64,000 nt of DNA from the IMG/VR virus record IMGVR_UViG_3300020727_000006, one strand, 5' to 3'. The translations under genes were made by a program, and so were the position numbers. Shown here piece after piece: positions 1 to 9,996 of the stretch. How positions within the stretch are numbered: the first letter of the stretch is position 1; every line of letters begins with the position of its first letter. Under the pieces are notes generated by a model. The model searched no databases. It saw nothing but the letters and a program-made list of their open reading frames with translations, and was not told where the DNA came from. Source of the DNA: an uncultured virus (IMG/VR IMGVR_UViG_3300020727_000006). Lineage: Duplodnaviria; Heunggongvirae; Uroviricota; Caudoviricetes.

Positions 1-567
1 AGTGGCGCAACACCAACGCCAGGAAAGATAAGCGGCGATTTTGATGTTATGGCAGATGAAGGCGCAGTTCAATCGTATTTCAAAGTAAAAGATGCTAAAG
101 AAGCTCGTCGTGCGCTGCGTGATTATCTAACACAAAAAGGTTTTGAGACTGCGCAAAGTGGCATCAATGTACATATGTTAGTTCCGCTACCAAATGGTAA
201 AAAAGCACAGACTGATATTATGGTTACACCACACGCAGGTGAGATTAGCAAATTTCACAAACATAATATTCCACTTGGCAGTAAGTTTAAAGGAACGCAT
301 AAAGCAATCCTAATGAGTGTGCTAGCTAAGACAAAAGGAATGATGTGGAGTCCATGGAATGGGTTGTTTAATCGTACACCAGATGGCAAGCGTGGTGACC
401 TTATAAGCAATAATATTGATGTAGTTGCTCGCACTTTACTTGGCTCACATGCAATTGGCGGTGACCTTGGAAGTGTTGAAAGTATTCTTGCAAAACTTCC
501 ACAACAAAAAATAGATGAATTGATGACGCTGCTTGATGCTGATCCAAATTGGAAAGCTATAACATGA
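1..567 (+). CDS. Pol-beta superfamily nucleotidyltransferase-like protein (5' truncated by window)
   Basis: Frame is open from base 1 and reads SGATPTPGKISGDFDVM (a GD-x-D metal-binding motif); a later QTDIM supplies a third Asp. Confidence 0.55.
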   Translation, partial: SGATPTPGKISGDFDVMADEGAVQSYFKVKDAKEARRALRDYLTQKGFETAQSGINVHMLVPLPNGKKAQTDIMVTPHAGEISKFHKHNIPLGSKFKGTHKAILMSVLAKTKGMMWSPWNGLFNRTPDGKRGDLISNNIDVVARTLLGSHAIGGDLGSVESILAKLPQQKIDELMTLLDADPNWKAIT

Positions 568-1916
568 GAGCATCAGAATTTCTTATTGAGGCAAAAGGCG
601 TTTTTGGTCGCAAAGAAGGCGATCCATATATGAACGATAATGGCGCAACCGCTAGGTTCATAGGCGTTCAAATGTATCCAGATACTAAACCTAACAATGG
701 TTATAAAGATTGGGACACTGCCACAATCGCAATTGACCGCATTGAAAAAAGTATGGGTAAACAAATTCAATGGGTAAATCGCCAGACTCCACAAACAAAA
801 GCATTTGCTATAGCTACACTGCATGGCGATGATGGTGAACTAATTTTATGGGGCCGCTATTATAAACTAGTACCAACAAATACTGTTAGTAGTTGGAACA
901 ACAATGAATTACCAAGCGGATGGGTGTTTAATAGCAAGACTGCAAAGAAAGCAAGAAGTGGATTAACGCCACAAGATTTAATTCGTAGTGAAATGAAATT
1001 TACTGGAACTGATAATATCATTGATGCAATTGCGGCAAACGGTGCGCCAGAAGAAATAATTAATGGATTGCGCATGGCTGCTCTTGGACAAATGCCAATC
1101 TTTAGAAACAGTGCAGACAAACTAGAAAGTATCCGCGATCATCTTGGTGAAATTATTACGCCTATTGCGTTAATGGCTGGATTGATTAGTGATTCAAATT
1201 CTAACAATGCTAAGAACGAATTGCTAAAGACAGATTGGGATAATTGTACAGTTCATTGGCCTCAAAATAAAAACAATAATTTAGTAGACAGTGAATTTAC
1301 TGCGGCGGGTGGCGGAGTTATAGGCATCAGCAACAAAGGCAACAAAGGCGCAATGGCAAGTGTTGCTAATATATTCCAAGCTATGCAAAAAGCAAGCGAT
1401 ACTTTAAGAAGAACGCACCAAAAAGCAGTTGATGTTATTGAAACAATTCAGCAAAATAATGCCAAAGAAGGTCCGATTAAACTTGCCGAAGACCTCGGTA
1501 TTATTGATGAGTATCTTGGCAGAGAAATTCGTGATAATATAAAAGACGGAACAGATGATCCAGAAGCATTAAGCGACAATGCTAAAAAACTTTTTGTAAA
1601 GTATGGCAGTGTTGGAACTAGTGCTGGTTACAAGATTGGATTAGTGTTGCTAGCAAACTGTGCTAAAGAAGTAGCAGCGAAACTTAATAAAGATAAAGAA
1701 TTTCAAGAAAGCTGCATGTCTTTCTTAAACCAAGCAAGTATCTTGCAAGTATATACAGATGCTAAAGTAATTGGAAATGATGTTCACATAACAAAGTTTA
1801 TGTCAACTTATCCGCCAAGATTTACTGGCGGCATAAAATTAGATGCTGGTAAAAATTATATGAGTACAATCGTCAAAGGTAAATTTTCATTTGACATAGG
1901 AAAAGGGCAGGATTAA
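564..1916 (+). CDS. Hypothetical protein, probable internal head protein; possible degenerate PD-(D/E)xK fold
   Basis: ATGA overlap with upstream stop; N-terminus MRASEFLIE; VDSEF...ISNK resembles a nuclease motif only weakly. Confidence 0.45.
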   Translation: MRASEFLIEAKGVFGRKEGDPYMNDNGATARFIGVQMYPDTKPNNGYKDWDTATIAIDRIEKSMGKQIQWVNRQTPQTKAFAIATLHGDDGELILWGRYYKLVPTNTVSSWNNNELPSGWVFNSKTAKKARSGLTPQDLIRSEMKFTGTDNIIDAIAANGAPEEIINGLRMAALGQMPIFRNSADKLESIRDHLGEIITPIALMAGLISDSNSNNAKNELLKTDWDNCTVHWPQNKNNNLVDSEFTAAGGGVIGISNKGNKGAMASVANIFQAMQKASDTLRRTHQKAVDVIETIQQNNAKEGPIKLAEDLGIIDEYLGREIRDNIKDGTDDPEALSDNAKKLFVKYGSVGTSAGYKIGLVLLANCAKEVAAKLNKDKEFQESCMSFLNQASILQVYTDAKVIGNDVHITKFMSTYPPRFTGGIKLDAGKNYMSTIVKGKFSFDIGKGQD

Positions 1917-1926
1917 CCTGCCCTTT
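1902..1926. terminator. Bidirectional intrinsic terminator
   Basis: AAAGGGCAGG-ATTAA-CCTGCCCTTT between convergent genes. Confidence 0.75.
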
Positions 1927-1931
1927 ATTAA

Positions 1932-2294
1932 TTAAGCATCACGAGAAATATAGTGATGACGAATCTTCTGCGGCTTAAAATACTTTTCTACAGTGTTAAA
2001 GACAAGTTCGTTTTCAAATGGCTTACATGAGAAAACATCAATATAGAAATTGCCATCATTATCACAGAAATGACCAGTAATGTTTGATGTTTCAATCATC
2101 TGACAAAGACTATATCCAGCCTTGTCAGCAGCATGCGTTGCAAAACGCTCAATCCAAGGTTCACCAAATGCTGTCATGTCAATAACAACAACTAGTTCCT
2201 TAATAAAATTATAGATATTTTCCTTTGAACCGATAAGTTCCTTATCGCCAGCGGTGCAGTCTAGTAGTAGGTGGCAACCCCAAGTCTTGCTCAT
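1932..2294 (-). CDS. speD: S-adenosylmethionine decarboxylase proenzyme (pyruvoyl-dependent family)
   Basis: GxHLLLD N-terminus, ETSNITGH self-cleavage region, YIDVFSCK motif. Confidence 0.85.
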   Translation of the reverse strand: MSKTWGCHLLLDCTAGDKELIGSKENIYNFIKELVVVIDMTAFGEPWIERFATHAADKAGYSLCQMIETSNITGHFCDNDGNFYIDVFSCKPFENELVFNTVEKYFKPQKIRHHYISRDA

Positions 2295-2327
2295 GCCAGT
2301 CTCCTTTGTTTATAGCAATTTGAAGAA

Positions 2328-2879
2328 TTATTTATTTGGATATACGCCTAACTTGTGGAAACACTCAGTTAGCCGTTGTATTTGTGACAAGCAATCCCAT
2401 AGCGCATGGTGCTTGTTATTTTGTGGAATAAAATGGTCAGGAACCAGTTTATAAATGGTGCGAGCATCTAATACTTGCCAGAAATGCCAAGAGTTATCAA
2501 ACCCAACTTGTCGGTTACAGCTTTCAAGAATGCTGAAATCAAACTGAACTCCATTTGCCCAATAGCGATCTGCTCCTTGCGCCCACTGGTTAAGACTCTT
2601 CATTGCTTCTGGCAGCGGCAAACGATTGCTATCAGCAAATGCTTCTGCCTTTGCTTCTTCTGGTTGTTTTGCCCACCACTGCACAGTATCTTCGTCAATT
2701 TGACGATTTTGATTTTCTACTTCTACACGAGTATAGAAAAAATCAAGTGTGGTTGGGTCTGCTACCATTCCGTAATTTCCCATACGGTCAAAGGCAATGC
2801 CAGCAATAGTTAAAACTGTGGCATCAGGCGTTTTGCCTAGCGTCTCGATATCGATCATTACATCTCTATGTTTTATCAT
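2328..2879 (-). CDS. DEDDh 3'-5' exonuclease (DexA/Exo VIII-like)
   Basis: MIDIETLG, WANGxxFD, HHALWD motifs; ATG lies 6 nt after the -10 box. Confidence 0.85.
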   Translation of the reverse strand: MIKHRDVMIDIETLGKTPDATVLTIAGIAFDRMGNYGMVADPTTLDFFYTRVEVENQNRQIDEDTVQWWAKQPEEAKAEAFADSNRLPLPEAMKSLNQWAQGADRYWANGVQFDFSILESCNRQVGFDNSWHFWQVLDARTIYKLVPDHFIPQNNKHHALWDCLSQIQRLTECFHKLGVYPNK

Positions 2880-2885
2880 ACTCTC

Positions 2886-2913
2886 AATATACACTAAAAT
2901 ATTATATTGTCAA
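2886..2913 (-). promoter_or_regulatory. Sigma70-type early promoter, leaderless
   Basis: TTGACA-16 nt-TATATT. Confidence 0.75.
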
Positions 2914-2971
2914 CAAGTTTTTTGCTAAAAAATGGTAAATATGATTAGTAAGTTTTTCGGAGTACTAACCA

Positions 2972-3112
2972 GTGTCTACTCAAGAATGGCAATGCATTAA
3001 AAATAATGTACCTAATTTTATATTATGGCCTGAGTTTTTGTATGGTTGTTTGTTTGGCGCATGTGGCGGTGTTTTACTTCTTGAAGCAATATTAAAGATG
3101 GTAGTTCGATAA
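2972..3112 (+). CDS. Small membrane protein (46 aa, not in ORF track)
   Basis: TAAATA at 2936, GGAG RBS, GTG start; MSTQEWQCIKNNVPNFILWPEFLYGCLFGACGGVLLLEAILKMVVR. Confidence 0.5.
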   Translation: MSTQEWQCIKNNVPNFILWPEFLYGCLFGACGGVLLLEAILKMVVR

Positions 3113-3126
3113 ATTGGAAGTCACAC

Positions 3127-3405
3127 ATGGACTTTTTAAAATTAGTTGGTGAAGTTGGATTCCCTATTGCTGCCGCCTGTGCTGGCGGCTATTTTGTTTT
3201 TTTAACCCTAAAATTTATTCTTGCTGGCGTTACAAGTTCTGTGAATGGCATTAAAGGTATCATTATGGCACTTGATAACCGTGTAAAGACGATGAACCAC
3301 GATGTTATTAGAATTGATACACTTATGAGTAATGCATTAGGTGTGCGTCCCGACCTTGACCGTATTGCTCGTGCAGACGGTAAAAATGATGCTCGCAGAG
3401 ATTAA
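3127..3405 (+). CDS. Small single-TM/coiled-coil protein (YvrJ/holin-like), paralog of 4927-5298
   Basis: GFPIAAACAGGYFVF TM segment followed by an amphipathic coil. Confidence 0.6.
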   Translation: MDFLKLVGEVGFPIAAACAGGYFVFLTLKFILAGVTSSVNGIKGIIMALDNRVKTMNHDVIRIDTLMSNALGVRPDLDRIARADGKNDARRD

Positions 3406-3417
3406 AAGGAAAATAAA

Positions 3418-3507
3418 ATGGTAGAATATTTCGTAGTAACAGGCTTATTAATTCAAATGGGCATACTTGCATTTGTTGGGAAAGATTATCTATGGGCAAA
3501 AGTATAA
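3418..3507 (+). CDS. 29-aa transmembrane peptide (not in ORF track)
   Basis: AAGGAAAATAAAATG leader; MVEYFVVTGLLIQMGILAFVGKDYLWAKV. Confidence 0.55.
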   Translation: MVEYFVVTGLLIQMGILAFVGKDYLWAKV

Positions 3508-3785
3508 AATATATTTTATTAATAGCATTATCGTTATCAACACCTGCGATGGCATTTGATATAAAAGGTGACAAGGGCGAACTTAAACGCACACCTCCGC
3601 CCAAAGTTGATGGTCTTTGGCGCATTGATCCTATTAGAATAACTGACCCTCCAATTTATTGGGGAGATTGGGTAGAGCATCCTCCACATCATCGCTACCA
3701 TGAACATATACATCCATTATGTTCATGCATAGGCACTGTACATATACCATTAGATAAACTTAGAATATATCACCCACAAGAGTAA
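3492..3785 (+). CDS. Secreted hypothetical protein, Pro/His-rich
   Basis: Signal-peptide-like N-terminus ending in AMA. Confidence 0.55.
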   Translation: MGKSIKYILLIALSLSTPAMAFDIKGDKGELKRTPPPKVDGLWRIDPIRITDPPIYWGDWVEHPPHHRYHEHIHPLCSCIGTVHIPLDKLRIYHPQE

Positions 3786-3809
3786 TTACTTGCACCGAAG
3801 GAAAATAAA

Positions 3810-3905
3810 ATGAGTATGATTCTTAGTAGTCTAATTGTCATACAACTGATTATAAGTACTGCTATTATAGGATGGATTTTACATGGACTTTACAAGGATG
3901 ACTGA
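3810..3905 (+). CDS. 31-aa transmembrane peptide (not in ORF track)
   Basis: Same AAGGAAAATAAAATG leader; MSMILSSLIVIQLIISTAIIGWILHGLYKDD. Confidence 0.55.
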   Translation: MSMILSSLIVIQLIISTAIIGWILHGLYKDD

Positions 3906-4500
3906 CATGGTTTTAAAAAATAAAGATGGCAAAGTACTGAGTCGCAGCGAAGGTGAAGCAGTTCTTAAAGATAAAGCAAGTGTTACGATTACGATTTTTG
4001 CTGCATTTTTGGCAATTTGTTCTTGGTTAGGCGGACAAGTTAGCGGTAAGATTATGGCTAATAATATTCAACTTGGAGATGTATGGTCTTTCTACCAAGC
4101 AAAAAGTATTAAACAGAATATGTACCAACTTAACCTTGATGATTTAAAAATTCAAATTTCTGAAACTAATGATGCTAATATTAAGAAATCTCTTGAATCT
4201 CGCATAGAGAATTACCAAAAATATATTGATGTTCTTGAAAGTGATCCAAAAACTGGCGAAGGTAAAAAAGAAATTCTTGCTAAAGGCCGTGCGTTGGAGG
4301 CAGAGCGTGATAGTGCCAAGAAGCGTAGCCCATATTTTGGTATCGCCGCTACAGTACTTCAAATAGCTATCGTATTAAGCACAACAGCAATACTGGCAGT
4401 TAGCTTGGCATTATGGTATAGTAGCATTGGTGTTGGAATTATCGGCATTATTCTTTTAGCAGATGGTGTTTGGTATTTCTTGCCCCTGCCATGGTTATAA
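3898..4500 (+). CDS. DUF4337-like membrane protein
   Basis: TM segment, WSFYQAKSIKQ motif, coiled coil, two C-terminal TMs; exact start uncertain. Confidence 0.75.
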   Translation: MTDMVLKNKDGKVLSRSEGEAVLKDKASVTITIFAAFLAICSWLGGQVSGKIMANNIQLGDVWSFYQAKSIKQNMYQLNLDDLKIQISETNDANIKKSLESRIENYQKYIDVLESDPKTGEGKKEILAKGRALEAERDSAKKRSPYFGIAATVLQIAIVLSTTAILAVSLALWYSSIGVGIIGIILLADGVWYFLPLPWL

Positions 4501-4538
4501 ATAATCTTGGTGGGAAAACTTAAAAAAAAGGAAATCCT

Positions 4539-4727
4539 ATGCGTAAAATTATACTAGTAGCAACCGTTATGGCGTTTGCATCAACTGGGTTTGTAAGTTC
4601 AGCGTTTGCAAAATCAGCATGTGATCCCGTATCAAATCCAAAAGCTTGCAAGAGCGTGGTACATCACAAAACACCAAAAGCTTCAATTTGCAAGATAAAA
4701 GACAAAAAGAAATGTCCTAAGAAATAA
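4539..4727 (+). CDS. Small secreted basic Cys-containing protein
   Basis: TATAAATA at 4496, AAGGA RBS, signal peptide ending AFA. Confidence 0.6.
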   Translation: MRKIILVATVMAFASTGFVSSAFAKSACDPVSNPKACKSVVHHKTPKASICKIKDKKKCPKK

Positions 4728-4765
4728 TTAACTTTTTGTTAAGTATTTGGTGGTAAACTAATGAA

Positions 4766-4927
4766 GTGGAAAATGTACAGTATCCTTATCGTGTTGAAGA
4801 ACACCGCCATGTAAATGGTGACCGATATTTTACTGTGTATTTCCATGGAAGATTAATAATAATATTACGAAATAAAAAAACAGCAGACGAATACATAGAA
4901 TTAAACAAGAAATATAAAGAGAAATAA
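4766..4927 (+). CDS. Small hypothetical protein (53 aa, not in ORF track)
   Basis: GTG start, MENVQYPYRVEEH...GRLIIILRNKKTADEY; TAATG coupling to the next gene. Confidence 0.55.
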   Translation: MENVQYPYRVEEHRHVNGDRYFTVYFHGRLIIILRNKKTADEYIELNKKYKEK

Positions 4928-5298
4928 TGGAATTGGGATTAGCAGACGCAATTAACAAATATGGTTTTCCAATTGTTGCTGCGGCTGGAATGGGATATTT
5001 TATATTTTTTACCTGGCAATGGGCTACAACAGAAGTAAAACCAGTGTTAAGTGAAGCTAATACGGTGTTGATTGCTCTCATTGACCGTATTCGTATGTTA
5101 GATAACGATCTTATCCGTCTTAATCAAAAACTAAACATTGTGCTAATGTTGCGCGGCAAAGAGATTGAAAGCCAGCGCCATCTTGATGATGCCAAAGCTG
5201 CTGTTGCTGCACAAAAAGTAGAACTTGAAGCAGAAAAAACGCTAAAGAAAGCAGCTAAAGAAATCAATAAAAACGAAGCCGCTGGCGGTAATAGTTAA
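4927..5298 (+). CDS. Single-TM/coiled-coil protein (YvrJ/holin-like), paralog of 3127-3405
   Basis: YGFPIVAAAGMGYFIF TM; LIDRIRMLDNDLIRL aligns with LDNRVKTMNHDVIRI. Confidence 0.65.
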   Translation: MELGLADAINKYGFPIVAAAGMGYFIFFTWQWATTEVKPVLSEANTVLIALIDRIRMLDNDLIRLNQKLNIVLMLRGKEIESQRHLDDAKAAVAAQKVELEAEKTLKKAAKEINKNEAAGGNS

Positions 5299-5822
5299 TT
5301 ACTTAGAATTGCTTCTTTTTTAATTAAAAAAACAGAAGTATTATTTTGTCTTGCTGCTTCATTCAATCCTTTATATTCTACACCACGATAGATTACAGTT
5401 TTAAGAAGCGGATGCTTTAATCTTTTTTCTTCCGTGCAAGGTTGAAGTTTTCCTTTATTGGGAGAAACCTTTCCATATCTTGGATTTTTCTCACCAACCA
5501 TTTTTCTTTTTTCCACCCATTCTGCGGATTGTTTTCGCCCTTTTCCTTGACCTTTTTTAGATTCACTAATTTTTCTTTTTGTTTCTTCGCTTAATGGTGG
5601 TCTTTTTACACCTCTACGAGCAGCATACATTATTTCCATTCTTTCTTCTTCTGTAATCAAACCAAGCAATCCTCTATATGCAACAAGGTCTTGCCACCTT
5701 CCATGCACTTCATACAAAATTTTGTGTGCTTCTGCGTGTTCTTCTATGGTTAGTTCTACGAGATTCGATGGGTCATCAGTTCCGCCCATATGTCTTGGAA
5801 TAATATGATGTTTATGTTTCAT
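5295..5822 (-). mobile_element. Free-standing HNH homing endonuclease with NUMOD3 domain
   Basis: HKHHIIPRHMGG..NLV..EHAEAH; SEETKRKISES NUMOD3; leaderless start after TAAATA. Confidence 0.85.
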
Positions 5823-5850
5823 ATTATTATTTATGATTTGTTCTATAAAC

Positions 5851-7902
5851 CTATTTTGAAGTTGCTCTAAAAACACCATCCCAACCTTCGCCTGGTAGAT
5901 TTTCTGCCATCTCTGTACAGCGTTCAATCCACATATCATAATAGCCATCCATTTGACCATCAAACTCACCTTTTAACTGCTTGCATGCATCAATAGCAGT
6001 TTTAAAGTGTTGTGAGCGATAATCATCCATCATACTAAGATGCCCACTTTTTGCTGCTAGGTATTCTGCGGCTGAACCAACATCATATATCTGTAGCACA
6101 GTGTGAATATTCACACCTTCTTTTTTACCCTTAACTGCAATGCAATCTAGTGGCAGAGTAAAGTACTCGTCCTTGACATATTCATTAGTCTTATCACCAA
6201 TAACCATAGCAACATGATATGGTTTACTTTGTCCTTCTAAGCGTGATGCCAGATTAACGCCATCACCAAGACAAGTATAATCAAAACGCTGACTAGAACC
6301 CATGTTGCCCACCACCACAGTAGCAGTGTTAATACCAAGCCCCATACCGAAAGGTGGAACACCTTCGGCAGCAACTTCTCTATTAAACGCATCTAAACTT
6401 CCTAACATTTGTAATGCTGTTTTCACAGCGTTTTTTGCATGGTCTGCATCATCAAGTGGTGCGTTCCAAAATGCCATTTGTGCATCACCAATATACTTGT
6501 CAAGAGTGCCCTCGTTTTCTAATATCTTTGCTGTCATCGCTGTCATATAGCGATTCATTATTTTGGTAAGACCTTGAACATCACTACCATAATGCTCAGA
6601 AATTGAAGTAAAGCCCCTAACATCGGTAAACATAATTGACAATTCACGAGACTCTCCACCAAGCGTTAATAATTCAGGATTCTTTTGTAGTTTCTCAACC
6701 ATTGCTGGTGAAAGATAAGTTCCAAATTGTTTCTTTATTTGTTGTTTTTGTAAGAACTCACTAACAAATTTAACTCCATAAGCATGCAATGCCACTAGTA
6801 TAATTGTGACAGTAAATGCAGTAGCGTCAAACAAATAAAGGTTGCTACTAAATTCGTACATGCTGCCACCAATACCAGCGAGAACAAGTACAACGACAGT
6901 TGATAATCCGACATAAGTCCACCTTGTTAAAAATAATAATAATAAACTACCAATGATAAGAGCAGCAAGTTCTGCGCCTTCTGCATAATCTGGTCTAGAA
7001 ATGTTAACCTTGTTTGCCAGTGTTGCAATAATTTTTGCTTGAATATCTTGTGGATATACAGCACCGATAGCAGTTGGAACAGGGTTAGCAATACCAGCCG
7101 CACTGGTGCCAACAATAACAACAGCGCCATCAAAGTTTTGTGGCATATTCATAAGACTTACTTGCTTATGCTGTTGACTTAAATCAATCCATACACGACC
7201 AAGTTGATCAGTGGTGAATATAGACTTGCCCATGCCCATCTTATCAATACCAATTTCACTTAACTTGACCTTAAAGTTCTTTTCTTGCATCAAGACACGC
7301 AGCGTCTCAATACCAATAGTAGGATAAAGTTTGCCGCCACTGCCAACAAGAAGTGGAATACGACGATTCACACCATCTATTTCAGGATATACATTTGTAG
7401 TTCCGACACCGATAGCGGCGTTTTCTAGTTCTGGAATGTTGGCGATTACCCCAGGATAATTGTAAATCCTATCAATAAAATTACTGTTGACAATGGCAGC
7501 ACCGTTAGGGCGAGGCGTATTTTTACTCACGCTGCTTGGAATATTTGAAAGAATGGTTGGGTGTTGCTTAAGAGTATCTGCTAGAACTGCATCACCGCCT
7601 TGACGGTCTGCCTCTGGCATCAACACTGTCCATACAACTAGACTTGCTCCACGAGCATAGATATCTTTAATAATATCCGCATATATTTGTCTATTAAACG
7701 GCCACTGACCATACTTGTCAAGTGCTGCTTCATCAATATTGACTGTATAAATTGGATTATCAGTTGGCGCTTTGTTGGTGATTAGCGTGTCAAAGTATCG
7801 TAACTTAATACTTTCAACAAAGTTGGGTGATGAAACTTTGATAGCAACTAATATTGCCAGCGTGATGAGTGCAGTCCATGGAGATAGCAGAATTTTTTTC
7901 AT
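5851..7902 (-). CDS. CHASE2-domain class III adenylate cyclase
   Basis: N-terminal TM, CHASE2 (IDEAAL..GQWPFNR, DGVNRR), three TMs, FTDVRGFT, DKYIGD, DYTCLGDGVNLASRLE (adenine-specifying K and D, catalytic N/R). Confidence 0.92.
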   Translation of the reverse strand: MKKILLSPWTALITLAILVAIKVSSPNFVESIKLRYFDTLITNKAPTDNPIYTVNIDEAALDKYGQWPFNRQIYADIIKDIYARGASLVVWTVLMPEADRQGGDAVLADTLKQHPTILSNIPSSVSKNTPRPNGAAIVNSNFIDRIYNYPGVIANIPELENAAIGVGTTNVYPEIDGVNRRIPLLVGSGGKLYPTIGIETLRVLMQEKNFKVKLSEIGIDKMGMGKSIFTTDQLGRVWIDLSQQHKQVSLMNMPQNFDGAVVIVGTSAAGIANPVPTAIGAVYPQDIQAKIIATLANKVNISRPDYAEGAELAALIIGSLLLLFLTRWTYVGLSTVVVLVLAGIGGSMYEFSSNLYLFDATAFTVTIILVALHAYGVKFVSEFLQKQQIKKQFGTYLSPAMVEKLQKNPELLTLGGESRELSIMFTDVRGFTSISEHYGSDVQGLTKIMNRYMTAMTAKILENEGTLDKYIGDAQMAFWNAPLDDADHAKNAVKTALQMLGSLDAFNREVAAEGVPPFGMGLGINTATVVVGNMGSSQRFDYTCLGDGVNLASRLEGQSKPYHVAMVIGDKTNEYVKDEYFTLPLDCIAVKGKKEGVNIHTVLQIYDVGSAAEYLAAKSGHLSMMDDYRSQHFKTAIDACKQLKGEFDGQMDGYYDMWIERCTEMAENLPGEGWDGVFRATSK

Positions 7903-7918
7903 GAATATATTTACCCAA

Positions 7919-7947
7919 GAAAAAACCCCGCAAATTTCTTTGCGGGG
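7919..7947 (-). terminator. Intrinsic terminator
   Basis: CCCCGCAAA/TTTGCGGGG stem followed by a T-run on the minus strand. Confidence 0.75.
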
Positions 7948-7957
7948 CGTTGGTGTC

Positions 7958-9928
7958 TTATGCCTGTTCTAAGTTTAGTAACTCAGTCATATTAGCATTT
8001 AAATTAGAAGTACTAATGCCAGCCTTAATGAGTTTGGCTTTCTTTTCCAAACGCTTCTCACAATCATGCAAACTTTCATCTAGATTATCTGCATGAGTAG
8101 TCAGAGAAACTGGTTTTAGTGCGATCTCAACATCTGCTGTATCATACCCATCTTTTGCTCGCTTGCACAAGCTATGAATTACTGCCTTAGAAACAATCCA
8201 TGCCATTTCCTCAGTAGCAATATCTTTTGCTGCTTCACGAATATCAGCAACAGTTCCTTCATCCTCATTAAGGTAAGGACCAACCATTGCATCAACTGCA
8301 TAATTTACAGCATCATACATACAGTTAATATAAAGAGCAGTCTCAGTATATTGTGCCGCACGATGCTTTAACTGGTCAGCACTGCAACTTTCAAGATCAA
8401 TCTCATTTCTGATAAACTCAATTGGCGGAAATGATTCTTGAATATCAGCAGCAGCCCCAATGCCACCAAAGAGAGGAGATTTTTTCTTAGGCGGAGAATG
8501 AGTAGCGCCTTTGCCAGTTGGCGGGTTACGGGTGCCATTTGTGCGACCATTGCTGCTGCGAACTGCAGCACTGCCGCGCATTTGCGTCATCAACTTATCA
8601 AGCAACTCTTGTGCTTTGTTTTGCAAATCATTTGCACTCAAGTTATTTGGAGCATAACTCTTGATTTTATCCTTGAACCATTGTGGCATATTTGCACGAA
8701 TTTCGGGTGCAAAAGTAAGCAACTTAACTTCGGTCTTATGCTCATCATTGATCATGATCTTCTTACGATGTGAGTCAGGCATGATTTCAAAGTCATCTGG
8801 AAGTTCTACAAAAATACGAAAGTATTTGTAGTTATATAGAATGTTCAACAAACCTGCTGTGCCACGCCATACATTGTTATTAGTGAAATCATAGATTTCA
8901 TTCTTCCAAACAAGGCCACTGAATGTGCTTTGACGAGAAGTTGGATTGCTATAAATGCTCATGCTAAGATCATTTTTCGCAATAGGCTTGCCATCGTCGT
9001 CTAGTTCAGTTGTATTAGTATTAACAGGACCGTCCCATACATAAACGATCTTAACGCCATTTTCAAGCGCAACAATTTCTTTCTTAATTTTGTCTGGTTG
9101 TGACTCACACAGGTTGTCAATTCGTTCTTCAATGCTTACAAAACGAATGCTATTCTTGTGAGCAAAACCAATACCAGTAAAGAAGCGCATTTCAATGCGC
9201 GGGTCAAGACGATAGAAACGAGCATATGCAGTGTTGACCAACCAGCCTCGTGCTTCCTCTTGCTGTGGGTCATATGGACGCTCTGCGGTATTTTGCTTGA
9301 TGTTATTACCACACAACACGATAGCAGTCCAATCTTCATTGGTGTCCCAAGGAATCGTGTCAAGACCAGTAATATCCACAATGTCTTTATACTTTGATTT
9401 GCTCTGTGCATCGGTATCAAAGAAATCATACCGAACAAATTCTTCAACACCAGTCTTTTCATTTACTTGCTTCAAAAGCAAAACAAGTGATACCACCTTG
9501 TTTTTGCAAGTAATCCAAATCATACCTTTTTGATTGACTGCAAGTGCAGAAATTTTAGCACCAATACCAAAGTTGTGCATTAGACTTTGCATTTTTTCAA
9601 TGCTACTAGCTAAATCAACCGCCAAGCGAAGTTGATGAGCAGTCATTCCACGACCGTTATTCCAGTAGGTAAGTTTTTTATTGCCATATGCATTATCTGA
9701 TACACCACCTCGTGCACCAGAACCATAATAATTGAGATTATTGAGTGGATATTCAAGGATGCCAAAAATTGCTGGATCAGTTTCCATTATATAAATTTTA
9801 GGAGATTCTGCATTTTGACTTGCTTCAATTGCATTTTGAAGTAGTTCTCGCACCATCATATCACTTGGTGCCTGTGAAATAGTACGGGTAATATGACCCG
9901 TTGGATTGCCGAACGCGAGTGTACTCAT
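7958..9928 (-). CDS. GHKL (Hsp90/MutL/rIIA-like) ATPase
   Basis: RELLQNAIEA, NNGRGM, NFGIGAK, WTAI Bergerat-fold motifs. Confidence 0.75.
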   Translation of the reverse strand: MSTLAFGNPTGHITRTISQAPSDMMVRELLQNAIEASQNAESPKIYIMETDPAIFGILEYPLNNLNYYGSGARGGVSDNAYGNKKLTYWNNGRGMTAHQLRLAVDLASSIEKMQSLMHNFGIGAKISALAVNQKGMIWITCKNKVVSLVLLLKQVNEKTGVEEFVRYDFFDTDAQSKSKYKDIVDITGLDTIPWDTNEDWTAIVLCGNNIKQNTAERPYDPQQEEARGWLVNTAYARFYRLDPRIEMRFFTGIGFAHKNSIRFVSIEERIDNLCESQPDKIKKEIVALENGVKIVYVWDGPVNTNTTELDDDGKPIAKNDLSMSIYSNPTSRQSTFSGLVWKNEIYDFTNNNVWRGTAGLLNILYNYKYFRIFVELPDDFEIMPDSHRKKIMINDEHKTEVKLLTFAPEIRANMPQWFKDKIKSYAPNNLSANDLQNKAQELLDKLMTQMRGSAAVRSSNGRTNGTRNPPTGKGATHSPPKKKSPLFGGIGAAADIQESFPPIEFIRNEIDLESCSADQLKHRAAQYTETALYINCMYDAVNYAVDAMVGPYLNEDEGTVADIREAAKDIATEEMAWIVSKAVIHSLCKRAKDGYDTADVEIALKPVSLTTHADNLDESLHDCEKRLEKKAKLIKAGISTSNLNANMTELLNLEQA

Positions 9929-9996
9929 TGTTTATTTTCCTTTTTGTTGTTACCATGAACAAACCCACCATGGGGTAACTATGTCTAAGGTATAAT

